Of a stretch of 64,000 bases of DNA, positions 1-9,494 are shown piece by piece; within the stretch, counting starts at the first letter, position 1, and each line of letters begins with the position of its first letter. The notes below the pieces were generated by a model. That model did no database searches. It was not told the origin of the DNA and saw only the letters and a list, made by a program, of their open reading frames with translations. Source of the DNA: an uncultured Gammaproteobacteria bacterium. Its GTDB lineage: Bacteria; Patescibacteriota; Patescibacteriia; 2-01-FULL-39-33. Location of the stretch: the NCBI GenBank assembly GCA_964558935.1, contig CAZLFP010000004.1, positions 28,001 through 92,000 of the forward strand. Reading direction: 5' to 3'. Made by a program: the position numbers and the translations under genes.

Positions 1-128
1 GTCAGCAGTACACCCAGTACCAATACAACCCTGCCCAGCCATCGGCGCTTTTTAACTTTAAAGGGCGGATGAGTCAAAATTTCTTCTGCCTTGTCCAAAG
101 TTTCTCTAATCTGGAATTTGTCGGTCAT
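1..128 (-). CDS. 5'-partial ORF running off the window start. It begins at ATG 126-128, and its N-terminus reads MTDKFQIRETLDKAEEILTHPPFKVKKRRWLGRVVLVLGVLLT..., with a hydrophobic helix after a charged stretch. Product unknown.
   Basis: Open frame by manual reverse-complement translation of 1-128. It overlaps the stop of the upstream GT2 gene by about 20 nt. No identifiable motif. Confidence 0.3.
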   Translation of the reverse strand, partial: MTDKFQIRETLDKAEEILTHPPFKVKKRRWLGRVVLVLGVLL

Positions 129-900
129 ATTTGGAATATTTTTTTAAATATTTAAGCCAGTCATTGATATGGATCCAAAAAATCTTAGACAATACCCCGC
201 TCTGAGCAGATTCACGACGATGGTAATGGACAATCTCCGCCTCAGCAAAGTAATGCACCTGGTAACCGGTCTGCCAAAAAGAGCGGCACCAAGCCACGTC
301 TCCGAAATACAAAAAAAGATCTTCATCCATTAAACCCACTTCTTTAATGATGCTCTGTCTGACCATAATGCAGGCACCCAGTATCCAATCAACCGGTCTG
401 GTGGTTTGATGGTCAAAGTCTTTCATCAAATAATCGTCTATTTTTCGTTTAGCGAACGGCAGATTACCCAGCCAAGTTCGGCGGTAAATGGGAACCATCT
501 TATCTGGAAAGCGCATGCAAGATAATTGAATGGAACGATCCGGATTCATTAACTTGGGACCGACCAAAGCCACTTGCGGATTAGCTTGCATATAGGCATA
601 CAGCTTATCCAAAGAATTATCTAAGATCGCAATATCGGTATTTAAAATTACAATATACTTACCGCTGGAATTTTTTATACCCAAATTATTACCCTTGTGA
701 TGGCCTAAATTCTGGTTGGAATCAATTAAAGTTGCTTGAGGAAACTTTTGTCTGACCATTTCCACACTACCATCCTGTGAATTATTATCCACCACTATAA
801 CTTCATATTCAACACTGGGCGGATAGGCATAAATCCCTCTCAAGCATTGCTTGAGCAGTCCTCTGGTTTGGTAATTGTTTATAATAATTGAGATTTCCAT
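106..900 (-). CDS. Family-2 glycosyltransferase (GT-A fold)
   Basis: The N-terminal block IIINNYQT...VIVVDNNSQDGS, the DxD-type motif (ILNTDI) and its overall ~260 aa length are typical of GT2 enzymes. Confidence 0.8.
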   Translation of the reverse strand: MEISIIINNYQTRGLLKQCLRGIYAYPPSVEYEVIVVDNNSQDGSVEMVRQKFPQATLIDSNQNLGHHKGNNLGIKNSSGKYIVILNTDIAILDNSLDKLYAYMQANPQVALVGPKLMNPDRSIQLSCMRFPDKMVPIYRRTWLGNLPFAKRKIDDYLMKDFDHQTTRPVDWILGACIMVRQSIIKEVGLMDEDLFLYFGDVAWCRSFWQTGYQVHYFAEAEIVHYHRRESAQSGVLSKIFWIHINDWLKYLKKYSKYDRQIPD

Positions 901-901
901 A

Positions 902-1939
902 TTAAACTAGCCATTGTCTAAAGTCTGTCGGTTTGAGCTTAGCTCGCTTCAGAATGATTTGCCTTTTTTTGAGCATTTTAGGCATGAGTCTTAGTCTGTC
1001 CATAATGGCTTGGCAACTTGACCATTCCAAAAACAAAACATACATCAGTTTCTTAAATTCATACCAACAAATAGCCAACCAATCTCGTCTTAAATTACAA
1101 GCAAAATCATTTTTCAACAGCAAGAACCAATGATTCCGGTATGAAAAATATCTGGCTAACTTAGACTGTTTGTTTCGAGCACTGACTAATTGACCAAGTT
1201 TACGACTCTTAACTTGTTTCAAAGTTCGGATGTGGTACGCAACGGCAGAACTCACCATTAAAGCCGGCCAACCAAACAGTCTGGCCCGCCAAGCCAAATC
1301 CACGTCTTCTTTGTAAAAAAAGAAATCCGGATCAAAATATTCACCCTTAGGATTGAACTTACCCGTCAACTTACAATCCAACAAGGTCTGGCGTCGGTAC
1401 ATGACCAAAGCGCCCGATAACCCAAATACTTCCTGGTCAACCGGAAAATGACTGGCGGGTTGGTTAGCTCCCAGCTCGACAACCTGACGATTGCGCTTAA
1501 TCTGTAAACCGCAGGAATCGATAATCTGAGTCTTTTCCAGCTCCTGGTTATCCAGATTGATCAATTTCAATTTGAGCAATTTACCCCCAAAAGAACCATA
1601 AGACTGGAATCTGGAATCTTGTGCTTTTAACATGATGTTTTCTAACCAATCCGGTTCTAATAAAATGTCGACGTTGGAAAAAACCACGTAAGGTGAATGT
1701 AATAAATTGATTCCTTGGTTATGGGCAGCGGCAAAACCCAAATTCTGATGATTTTTAAAAACGGTAACCTGAGGATGATTCTGTCTGAGATATTCGACAG
1801 TGCCATCTTGCGAATTATTATCTATCACCAATACTTGGAAATCCGTGTAAGTCTGGTTGTAAATTGATTTTAAACAGTCCGGCAAATATTTCAGACTGTT
1901 ATATGTCACCAATTGAATTGTAACCAAAGGTAGTTGCAT
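902..1939 (-). CDS. Family-2 glycosyltransferase
   Basis: VTIQLVTYNSLKYL...QVLVIDNNSQDGT and FSNVDILLEP (DxD) are GT2 hallmarks. It is translationally coupled to its neighbours (1-2 nt gaps). Confidence 0.8.
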   Translation of the reverse strand: MQLPLVTIQLVTYNSLKYLPDCLKSIYNQTYTDFQVLVIDNNSQDGTVEYLRQNHPQVTVFKNHQNLGFAAAHNQGINLLHSPYVVFSNVDILLEPDWLENIMLKAQDSRFQSYGSFGGKLLKLKLINLDNQELEKTQIIDSCGLQIKRNRQVVELGANQPASHFPVDQEVFGLSGALVMYRRQTLLDCKLTGKFNPKGEYFDPDFFFYKEDVDLAWRARLFGWPALMVSSAVAYHIRTLKQVKSRKLGQLVSARNKQSKLARYFSYRNHWFLLLKNDFACNLRRDWLAICWYEFKKLMYVLFLEWSSCQAIMDRLRLMPKMLKKRQIILKRAKLKPTDFRQWLV

Positions 1940-1940
1940 A

Positions 1941-3431
1941 TTAAACTTTCTTTTCCGTCACCCAAAAACCGAGTCGGTATTTACCGCCCAATAGCAATCT
2001 GGTTTGTGCATCCATAGCCGGAATTGAACCAAAGATGACCATGGTAAAAGGAAAGATGAGCCATTGGACGATCATAATTAAATAATTTACAGGGTGGTAG
2101 TGATCCGGTTTTTTGGGCAGCATTAAAGTGTACATAATCGAATTGAAAATCAAACCCACCATACCTACCGCCATCAAAGTTTCCAAGGTGTGAGGAGCAT
2201 TTTGAAAAAATGCCGTTGCCTGCTCTGCATCTGAAGCTAACCATAAAGGCACTCGTCCAAAAATCAAGATTAAAACCGGAGCAACCGCCCAGGAATACAT
2301 ACCTTCAGTTTGATTCCAAAAATATTTTAACCTAATTGAAAGAGGTATCTGCTTATTCCTGTCTCGACCAAAAAACTTCTGCCACATCCAGGGAAAATGT
2401 TCAACTCCCCAAGCCCAACGCCTCATCTGTTTATACTGGTTAACGAAGCTTTTCCAAAATTCTCCCATGTAGACCGTATCCATGGATAAAGTGATGAACA
2501 TTGGCACGACTTGGTAATCTCCATTGTAAGTAACCAACCCCTGCAAACAAATTCTGGAGTCTTCGGTCACAATGGTCTTGTCATGAAAACCCACATCCAC
2601 CAACATCTGAAAAGACATGCTATGGGAAGAAAAAGTCAACAGCTTTTCAGGACGAGACAAATCGGTCAACAACCAAAAAGTCGTAGCTGAAGCCACTACC
2701 CGGATTACCGGATTAGACTGCCAAATATTGTTGTTATACAAAATCAATGGCTGGTAGCTGGCATGGGTTGGATTGGGATGAATTAAGAACTGGTAGGTTA
2801 AATAGGCGAAGTATTCCGGATGAGGCAGGGTTTCAATATCAAAACATGAGACTATGATCTTTGGGTATGGAATCTGCAAGCGATCTATCTCCTTCTTTAA
2901 ATTTAATTCCATGTAATGAACATTAGAACCCTTGCCAGGCAGTTCATCCGGCATTGGCGGATGAACGGTAATCAGCAATCTGAAAAACTTGTCTCCATAT
3001 TCGGCTTTGATCCGGTCGGCAATCTGGCAGAAATTTTCCCGATCGCGTTCTTCTCCTCCCAAACAGACAATCATCCGGTCTTTGGGGTAATTGGTTTTGA
3101 GAAGTTCCTTAAAAGATCTTTCAATCACTTCATAAGGCTCTTTGTAAGTCGGATAAGTAATCACGTGGTAATACTCCAGATAATCCTTGTCCAAACTTTT
3201 AACTTTGTCCAACCAATTCAACGTAACGTGTCGGCGGTACTTTAACCAGGATACAATCAACCAAAACATTAGGTAGAATAACCTGACAATCCAATACACT
3301 ACGAAAATGATCACCACATATATGGCCCAGAGAGGTCTAACAACAGACAGAATAATAATGACTAAAAAAGTAATCCAGACCAGTAAGGCCGGGACCATTT
3401 CTATCCATCTGGGTTGTTTCTTTTCAGCCAT
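1941..3431 (-). CDS. Processive membrane family-2 glycosyltransferase (cellulose/chitin/hyaluronan-synthase-like beta-glycan synthase)
   Basis: It has N- and C-terminal TM helices around a cytoplasmic GT2 domain, a TED motif (TEDSRI) and a QxxRW motif (QMRRWAWG). That architecture marks processive GT2 synthases. Confidence 0.7.
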   Translation of the reverse strand: MAEKKQPRWIEMVPALLVWITFLVIIILSVVRPLWAIYVVIIFVVYWIVRLFYLMFWLIVSWLKYRRHVTLNWLDKVKSLDKDYLEYYHVITYPTYKEPYEVIERSFKELLKTNYPKDRMIVCLGGEERDRENFCQIADRIKAEYGDKFFRLLITVHPPMPDELPGKGSNVHYMELNLKKEIDRLQIPYPKIIVSCFDIETLPHPEYFAYLTYQFLIHPNPTHASYQPLILYNNNIWQSNPVIRVVASATTFWLLTDLSRPEKLLTFSSHSMSFQMLVDVGFHDKTIVTEDSRICLQGLVTYNGDYQVVPMFITLSMDTVYMGEFWKSFVNQYKQMRRWAWGVEHFPWMWQKFFGRDRNKQIPLSIRLKYFWNQTEGMYSWAVAPVLILIFGRVPLWLASDAEQATAFFQNAPHTLETLMAVGMVGLIFNSIMYTLMLPKKPDHYHPVNYLIMIVQWLIFPFTMVIFGSIPAMDAQTRLLLGGKYRLGFWVTEKKV

Positions 3432-3442
3432 GATTTGTCTTA

Positions 3443-3471
3443 ACTATACCAAATATTCCAATTGAAATCAA
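3443..3471 (-). promoter_or_regulatory. Sigma70-like promoter for the synthase/GT2 operon. On the minus strand it reads TTGATT-17nt-TATAGT, and the -10 hexamer ends only 11 nt before the ATG at 3431.
   Basis: Read directly on the reverse complement of 3431-3471. Confidence 0.45.
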
Positions 3472-3502
3472 GACATAAAAATGGCTTGAATAGGCCAATA
3501 TT

Positions 3503-5083
3503 TTAAATTAAAGGCTTACCTGTCATTTCTTTGGGCTGCTTTAATTTCATAATTTTTAAGATAGTGGGTGCAATGTCAGATAAAATACCGGAGGGGCGGA
3601 TTAAGCTTAAATCCGAATTGGGGCCCTCTGGCATGCCGGCGGTTTTACCTTCATATTCGTTGCCGACGATAATGAACGGGACCGGATAAGTGCTGTGCTC
3701 TTTGTCAATATCACCAGACTGCATATTGACCAATTCTTCGGCATTGCCATGATCAGCTGTAATCAGAGCAATACCATTTTTACCCAAAATGACCTCAATC
3801 AGCTGTTTTAAATTAATGTCAATCACCTCACAAGCTTTAAGGGTGGCTCGTAAGTCACCGGTATGGCCTACCATATCCGGATTGGCAAAATTAACCACTA
3901 TGAAATCATAAGTGTCATCAAGCACTGCTTTGACTAATTTTTTAGTTAATTCTTTGGCAGACATCTCCGGCTTGTCAGCATATGAAGCCACTCGAGGAGA
4001 CGGTACCAGTAACCTGTCCTCACCTTCAAAGACTTCTTCTCTGCCACCATTGAAGAAAAAAGTGACATGAGCATACTTTTCTGTTTCAGCAATGTGTAAT
4101 TGTTTCAACCTGACATCAGATATTACCTTAGCCAAAGGTTGGTTAATAACTTCGGGCGGGAAAGCCACTTCAACCGGAATATCTTTTTCATATTCGGTCA
4201 TAGTTACATAATACAGATTATGAATGTATTCGCGCTGGAATTTTTCCAAACCAGGCAAAACAAAAGCTTTAGTAATCTGCCTGGCTCTGTCAGCTCGAAA
4301 ATTAAAAAAAACAAGACTGTCACCCGCTTTAACACTGGTTAACGGCTTCTGACCTTTGACTATCACAACCGGGACGAATTCCTCATCAAACACCTTGGCA
4401 GCGTAAGAAGCTTCTACAGCCTGAATGGGATCGGTAAAAGTTTTTTCAGCCTGACCTTGGGCAATGGCGCGGTAAGCCACTTCTGTTCTTTCCCAATGGT
4501 TATCCCGATCCATGGCATAGAAGCGTCCAGAGATGGTCGCTATTTGGCCTACACCAATTTCCTCAATCTTAGCCTGTATTTTGCGAACAAACTCAATTCC
4601 AGAATTATATGGCATATCTCGGCCATCCAATATCGCATGAATAAAAACTTTCTTGAATTTGACCTGCTGACACAACTCTAACAGAGCATACAAATGATCT
4701 AAAGAGCTGTGTACACCGCCGGAAGAACATAAACCCATTAGGTGCAAATCCCCCTTATTTTTCTTAGCCTGTTCAATTGCAGACAAGAATTTTTCGTTTT
4801 TAAAAAAATGACCATCGGTGATCGATTTGTTAATCCGAGGCAGATTCTGGTAAATCAATTTACCAGAACCAATATTTAAATGACCAACTTCACTATTACC
4901 AATTTCACCCCAAGACAAGCCGACAGCTTCACCTGAAGCCTGCAGGGTCATGGCTGGATAATTCTTAACCAAGCTGTCGTAAAAAGGCGTTTTAGCCATG
5001 GCAATTGCATTGGTTTTGGAGGGAGGAGCCACTCCCCATCCGTCTAAAATAATTAAAACTACCGGTTTTGGACGTTCTGACAT
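3503..5083 (-). CDS. gpmI: 2,3-bisphosphoglycerate-independent phosphoglycerate mutase (iPGM), copy 1
   Basis: VVLIILDGWG, GNSEVGHLNIGSGK (the Ser phosphoacceptor), DGRD, DMVGHTGD and ADHGN are iPGM / alkaline-phosphatase-superfamily signatures. Length is 526 aa. Confidence 0.9.
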   Translation of the reverse strand: MSERPKPVVLIILDGWGVAPPSKTNAIAMAKTPFYDSLVKNYPAMTLQASGEAVGLSWGEIGNSEVGHLNIGSGKLIYQNLPRINKSITDGHFFKNEKFLSAIEQAKKNKGDLHLMGLCSSGGVHSSLDHLYALLELCQQVKFKKVFIHAILDGRDMPYNSGIEFVRKIQAKIEEIGVGQIATISGRFYAMDRDNHWERTEVAYRAIAQGQAEKTFTDPIQAVEASYAAKVFDEEFVPVVIVKGQKPLTSVKAGDSLVFFNFRADRARQITKAFVLPGLEKFQREYIHNLYYVTMTEYEKDIPVEVAFPPEVINQPLAKVISDVRLKQLHIAETEKYAHVTFFFNGGREEVFEGEDRLLVPSPRVASYADKPEMSAKELTKKLVKAVLDDTYDFIVVNFANPDMVGHTGDLRATLKACEVIDINLKQLIEVILGKNGIALITADHGNAEELVNMQSGDIDKEHSTYPVPFIIVGNEYEGKTAGMPEGPNSDLSLIRPSGILSDIAPTILKIMKLKQPKEMTGKPLI

Positions 5084-5087
5084 AATC

Positions 5088-6653
5088 TTAAAATAATGGC
5101 TTATTCATTAATTTACCTGGTTTAAGCTGCATGAGCTTTAGAATCGTGGGAGCAATATTGCTTAAATAGCCCTGAGAATTTAACTTTAATTTGCGACCAT
5201 ACTGGTGGCTGACCACAATAAATGGAACGGGGTTGGTGGTATGTTCCGTGAAGATTTCCTTGGTCTCTAAATTCAACATCTTTTCTAAATTGCCATGATC
5301 GGCTGTAATAATCAAAATCGCATTTTTTTTCAAACAAGCTTCAGCAATTTGTTTGACATATCCATCAACAGCCTGAGCGGTTTTTATACCGGCTTGTATA
5401 TCTCCGGTATGGCCCACCATGTCTGGACAAGCAATGTTAACTCCCAAAAAATCATACTTATCCAAACCTGCTAACAAATGCTGGGTAATCTCAGCAGTTG
5501 ACATCTCCGGCGTCTGTGCATAAGACCTCACATCGGGAGACGGTACATAAATCCGATCTTCACCAGCAATGGGATGGTCATAACCGCCATTAAAAAAATA
5601 AGTCATGTGAGCGTATTTTTCCCGTTCGGCAATGTACACTTGTTTGCGATCAACCAACAGACAAGTTAAGGTGCCGATTAAATCTTCAGATGGATAAGCA
5701 GTATAGATGCTGTCCAAATCAGGTCCGAAATCCGTCATGGCGACAAACACGATATCCCGGTAAATTTTCTTGCGTTTCGGTGCTTTGGGATTTAATTTTT
5801 CAAAATTCTTCTGAACAAAAGGTTTGGCCAACTGTCTAGCTCGGTCTGATCTCAAATTGAAAAAAATAATACCGTCTTTGTCTTCAATTCTGCAAACTGG
5901 CTTGGTTTGCTGGTAGATGACTGTCGGCTCAATAAACTCATCAGTGACATTTGCATTGTAAGCCTGTTCAATGGCCTGTTCAGCTGATTGGGCTTTATGC
6001 CGAGTGGAGTTTCCAGCCATGGTGTTGAAGGCTAAAATTGTCCTGTCCCAACTCTTTTTTCGATCCATGGCATAGAAGCGTCCCATAATACTGGCAATCT
6101 TCTCATTCTTCATTAATATTTTTTCCAGTTGCATGACAGACTTTAGAGCGGATCTAGGCGGTGAGTCTCGACCATCAGTAAACAGATGCAAATAGACCTG
6201 TTTCAAACCCTGCTTTCTAGCCAGGGTAAGCAAGGCCAAAAGATGATCCGGATCGCTGTGGGGACTTTGACCATTGGAAAGCAAGCCAATGATATGCAAA
6301 GCTGACTTATTTTTTTTAACATGTCGAATAACTGTGGTAAAGGCTGAATTTTTAAAAAACTGGCCCGTACTGATTTCCTTGGAGATCTTAACCACGTCTT
6401 GGTCAATCACCCGACCGGCACCAATATTTTCATGACCGGCTTCAGAATTACCAACTTGTTTTTGAGGCAAGCCAACACATCTGCCGGAAGCGCACAGCTG
6501 AGTCCATGAATACTTATGGTACAAGGAATCAAGATAGGGAGTCTTGGCCAAATAGATTGGATTACTCTCATCTTCAGGACCCAAACCCCAGCCGTCAAGA
6601 ATCAACAGAACGACCTGGTTTATTTGCGATTTGGTTGCTTGGGTAATTGGCAT
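5088..6653 (-). CDS. gpmI: Divergent second iPGM paralog in tandem with copy 1
   Basis: VVLLILDGWG, GNSEAGHENIGAGR, DGRD, DMVGHTGD and ADHGN are all retained. Identity to copy 1 looks about 40% by eye. Its start overlaps the eno stop (TAACATG). Confidence 0.85.
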   Translation of the reverse strand: MPITQATKSQINQVVLLILDGWGLGPEDESNPIYLAKTPYLDSLYHKYSWTQLCASGRCVGLPQKQVGNSEAGHENIGAGRVIDQDVVKISKEISTGQFFKNSAFTTVIRHVKKNKSALHIIGLLSNGQSPHSDPDHLLALLTLARKQGLKQVYLHLFTDGRDSPPRSALKSVMQLEKILMKNEKIASIMGRFYAMDRKKSWDRTILAFNTMAGNSTRHKAQSAEQAIEQAYNANVTDEFIEPTVIYQQTKPVCRIEDKDGIIFFNLRSDRARQLAKPFVQKNFEKLNPKAPKRKKIYRDIVFVAMTDFGPDLDSIYTAYPSEDLIGTLTCLLVDRKQVYIAEREKYAHMTYFFNGGYDHPIAGEDRIYVPSPDVRSYAQTPEMSTAEITQHLLAGLDKYDFLGVNIACPDMVGHTGDIQAGIKTAQAVDGYVKQIAEACLKKNAILIITADHGNLEKMLNLETKEIFTEHTTNPVPFIVVSHQYGRKLKLNSQGYLSNIAPTILKLMQLKPGKLMNKPLF

Positions 6654-6654
6654 G

Positions 6655-7902
6655 TTATTTCAGCTCTTCCCAGATTTCCATCAACCGATTATACTTGGCA
6701 ATTCTTTCACCCCGAGACAGAGAACCGGTTTTGATGTACTCTGCACCAGAAGCCACAGCTAAATCTGAAATAAAATCATCCACCGTCTCACCGGATCGAT
6801 GTGAAATGGCAACCTTGTAACCGTTTTTTTGAGCCAATTTAATGCACTCAATAGTTTCCGTTAAGGTTCCAATCTGGTTTAGTTTAATTAAAATAGCGTT
6901 TCCAACCTGGCGTTTAATGCCTTCTTTCAATCTAACAACGTTAGTGACAAACAAATCATCTCCGACCAAAGCTATTTTCTTACCTAAAACTTTAGTTAAT
7001 TCTTCCCATCCTTCCCAGTCATCTTCCGCCAAACCGTCTTCAATCGATTCAATTGGATATTTATCTACCCATTTGGACATTAATTCTATTAATTGCTGTG
7101 AGCTTCTTTTCTTTTTATCCGCTTTCATATCATACACGCCTTCGGTGTAGAATTCAGAAGAAGCCACATCAATGGCAATCTTAACATCTCGGCCTAAGGT
7201 GTATTTGGCTTTTTGGGAAGCTTGCTTAATCAAATCCAAAGCTTTTTGGTTGGATGGCAGTTGAGGCGCATAACCGCCCTCATCCCCCACTGTCACCGGA
7301 TAATCTTTATCTTTTAACAAGCTCTTTAAAGCGTGGAATATTTCAGTTCCGCATCTGACGGCTTCTTTAATGTTCTTCTGCTGAGGAGTGATCATAAACT
7401 CTTGAACATCAATTGACCAACCGGCATGCGCTCCGCCATTTAAAATGTTCATCATTGGAACCGGAAAGCTTAATTTACTTTTATTCCAATATTTGGATTT
7501 TAAATAAGCATATAAAGGTTTTTTACTGGCAATGGCTCCGGCTCTGGCTACTGCCAATGAGACACCCAAAATGGCATTCGCTCCCAGTTTAGCCTTATTC
7601 TCTGTTCCATCCATCTCCAGCATAATCCGGTCTATCTCCTGTTGCTTTTTAGGATCTAAACCGATCACCTTAGGAGCAATTTTGGTATTAATATTCTTAA
7701 CGGCTTTTAAAACCCCTTTACCTGAATATCTTTTCTTGTCCCCATCTCTTAATTCCAAAGCTTCATGCGAACCGGTGGAAGCACCGGAAGGCACCGCTGC
7801 CCAAGCTTTGTGCTTGGAATCTAAAGTTACTTCAACTTCCACAGTCGGATTTCCTCGGGAATCCAGGATTTCTCTGGCCTTGACGGTTTTAATTTTTGAC
7901 AT
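6655..7902 (-). CDS. eno: Enolase (phosphopyruvate hydratase)
   Basis: The N-terminus IKTVKAREILDSRGNPTVEVEV is the canonical enolase start. Length is 415 aa. Confidence 0.93.
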   Translation of the reverse strand: MSKIKTVKAREILDSRGNPTVEVEVTLDSKHKAWAAVPSGASTGSHEALELRDGDKKRYSGKGVLKAVKNINTKIAPKVIGLDPKKQQEIDRIMLEMDGTENKAKLGANAILGVSLAVARAGAIASKKPLYAYLKSKYWNKSKLSFPVPMMNILNGGAHAGWSIDVQEFMITPQQKNIKEAVRCGTEIFHALKSLLKDKDYPVTVGDEGGYAPQLPSNQKALDLIKQASQKAKYTLGRDVKIAIDVASSEFYTEGVYDMKADKKKRSSQQLIELMSKWVDKYPIESIEDGLAEDDWEGWEELTKVLGKKIALVGDDLFVTNVVRLKEGIKRQVGNAILIKLNQIGTLTETIECIKLAQKNGYKVAISHRSGETVDDFISDLAVASGAEYIKTGSLSRGERIAKYNRLMEIWEELK

Positions 7903-7919
7903 GTTTTAATGATTATTAT

Positions 7920-8711
7920 TTACCAAATCTCGTAACTGATATATACTCTTACCATAACCTCATCGCTACCGGCTTCAATTTGAGGTGCTAGCGTATCTTC
8001 TGCACCACCAAAGCCCATAACAGCAGACTTGGCATAGTTATCGTAATATATTGGTTGATCTGAACTTTCGGAAAAATTAACCACCGGACCTAATTTAATT
8101 CCCAGCTGGTTAGCTAAGACTTTGGCTTTGGCTTGAGCATTGTCAATCGCTTGCTGTCTGGCCTGTTCTTTGTATGTTTCATCGTCATCTATGGTGAAAT
8201 TAGGTCCTGACACCTGATTAGAACCATTCTGTCCGGCTCGGGCAATAATCTCGCCAATATTTGCAAAATCCCTCACTTTCACACTAACGCTTTGGTTAAC
8301 TTCATAGCCAATAATTTCCTGCCGGTCATTGGCCCAAGAATACTTGGGTCGTATTGAATACTGGCTGGTTTCAATATCCTGGTCAGCAATCTTGAAATCA
8401 TTTTTAAGCAAACTCACAATTTGGTTCATTTTCTGTGTATTCTCGACTTGAGCTTGTTCTACGCTGTTTTTCTCTGTGGTTAAGCCAATGCTCAAACTGG
8501 CAACATCTGGAATCGCAGTTACCTTGGCTTCACCTTCCACTGTTATCCGGTCTTCAAATTCAGGCGATTGGCCAATGTAATTATACTCTTTCCAAGCATT
8601 TCTGGTTAGCATGACCAAATAGACAGCTAAAATGATTAACACAACAGCGGCTATTGGCATTAAAAAACGTTTGCGCATAAAAATGGGAGGCTGACTGTTG
8701 GGGTTTAACAT
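7920..8711 (-). CDS. SIMPL/DUF541-family protein with an N-terminal membrane anchor (homolog of the 26-kDa periplasmic immunogenic protein)
   Basis: It has a signal-anchor helix followed by the SIMPL-domain C-terminal pattern (...DDETYKEQARQQAIDNAQAKAKVLANQLG...). Confidence 0.6.
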   Translation of the reverse strand: MLNPNSQPPIFMRKRFLMPIAAVVLIILAVYLVMLTRNAWKEYNYIGQSPEFEDRITVEGEAKVTAIPDVASLSIGLTTEKNSVEQAQVENTQKMNQIVSLLKNDFKIADQDIETSQYSIRPKYSWANDRQEIIGYEVNQSVSVKVRDFANIGEIIARAGQNGSNQVSGPNFTIDDDETYKEQARQQAIDNAQAKAKVLANQLGIKLGPVVNFSESSDQPIYYDNYAKSAVMGFGGAEDTLAPQIEAGSDEVMVRVYISYEIW

Positions 8712-8729
8712 AAGATTATATAATTATTA

Positions 8730-9491
8730 TTAATCTGAATCAGCAAGAATTTCCAATAAAAACAGAAACAAGTTAATGATATCCAAATACAGATTAACGG
8801 CCAAATCAACAGCTGTTCCCCATGATTCATCACCGGCCATTTGCTCCAAGCGGTTAAAATCAAACAGCAAATACAATGTAAAAATAATGGCACCCAAGTA
8901 GGCTCTGAGCATGGAAAATACCGGAGAATGAAAAATAAAAGCGTTTAACAGCGACATGATGATCAAAAGCAATAAAGCTACAAATAAAATACTGCCCAAA
9001 AAACCAAAGTCAATGGCAGTGAGAAAGACAATCCCGGCTGTGGCAAAAACAGCAAACGCAGTCGCAAAGATAGCTTGAGTGACCACTCCCTGCCATTGCT
9101 GAGCATAATCTGATGCTTGGAATTCCCGTTCAAACTCCTTGCCCTTGCTGACTAGTTCCTGTTGCTGTTGGTCGCTTAATTTTTGCCCCTTTTTAACAAC
9201 AATTCCTTGACTTTTTAAATACTTCCTAAGCTGGTATTGCTTGCCGTACAGGGTAATAACAGGACCGATTTCCCAGCCGATCAAAGCGGAAAAAATGGCT
9301 ACCAAGATGATGTTAACCGGAAACCAATTGGCAAAAAACAGAATGGCAAACAAAAAAACAAACGTAGCAATAACAGTTACCCACATTTCCCAAGCTTTCT
9401 CAAAAGCTTTGTTAAGCTTGGAGGTTAAAGCCGTAATCAGCAGCATTCCTCCCACAATTAAAAAAGTTCTGGCAAACAAAATGTCAAACAT
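8730..9491 (-). CDS. Bax-inhibitor-1/YccA (TMBIM)-like multi-pass membrane protein carrying a charged cytoplasmic insertion
   Basis: There are about 7 hydrophobic helices, and the C-terminal motif ...VNLYLDIINLFLFLLEIL matches the BI-1 family. A ~60-aa Lys/Gln-rich insert is atypical. Confidence 0.5.
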   Translation of the reverse strand: MFDILFARTFLIVGGMLLITALTSKLNKAFEKAWEMWVTVIATFVFLFAILFFANWFPVNIILVAIFSALIGWEIGPVITLYGKQYQLRKYLKSQGIVVKKGQKLSDQQQQELVSKGKEFEREFQASDYAQQWQGVVTQAIFATAFAVFATAGIVFLTAIDFGFLGSILFVALLLLIIMSLLNAFIFHSPVFSMLRAYLGAIIFTLYLLFDFNRLEQMAGDESWGTAVDLAVNLYLDIINLFLFLLEILADSD

Positions 9492-9494
9492 ACT

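Noticed and set aside
933-1133. Plus-strand ORFs lying antisense inside well-supported minus-strand genes (for example 933-1133, 2916-3245, 4100-4342, 6842-7150, 7532-7909, 9237-9498, 13124-13676, 33349-34038), and nested same-strand ORFs (for example 19191-19631, 8705-8893, 16948-17166).
   Set aside because: These are shadow ORFs of AT-rich coding sequence. They have low-complexity translations and no motifs, and each overlaps a gene with clear family signatures.
5088-6653. The second iPGM copy as a pseudogene.
   Set aside because: It has a full-length intact frame and retains all catalytic and metal-binding blocks.
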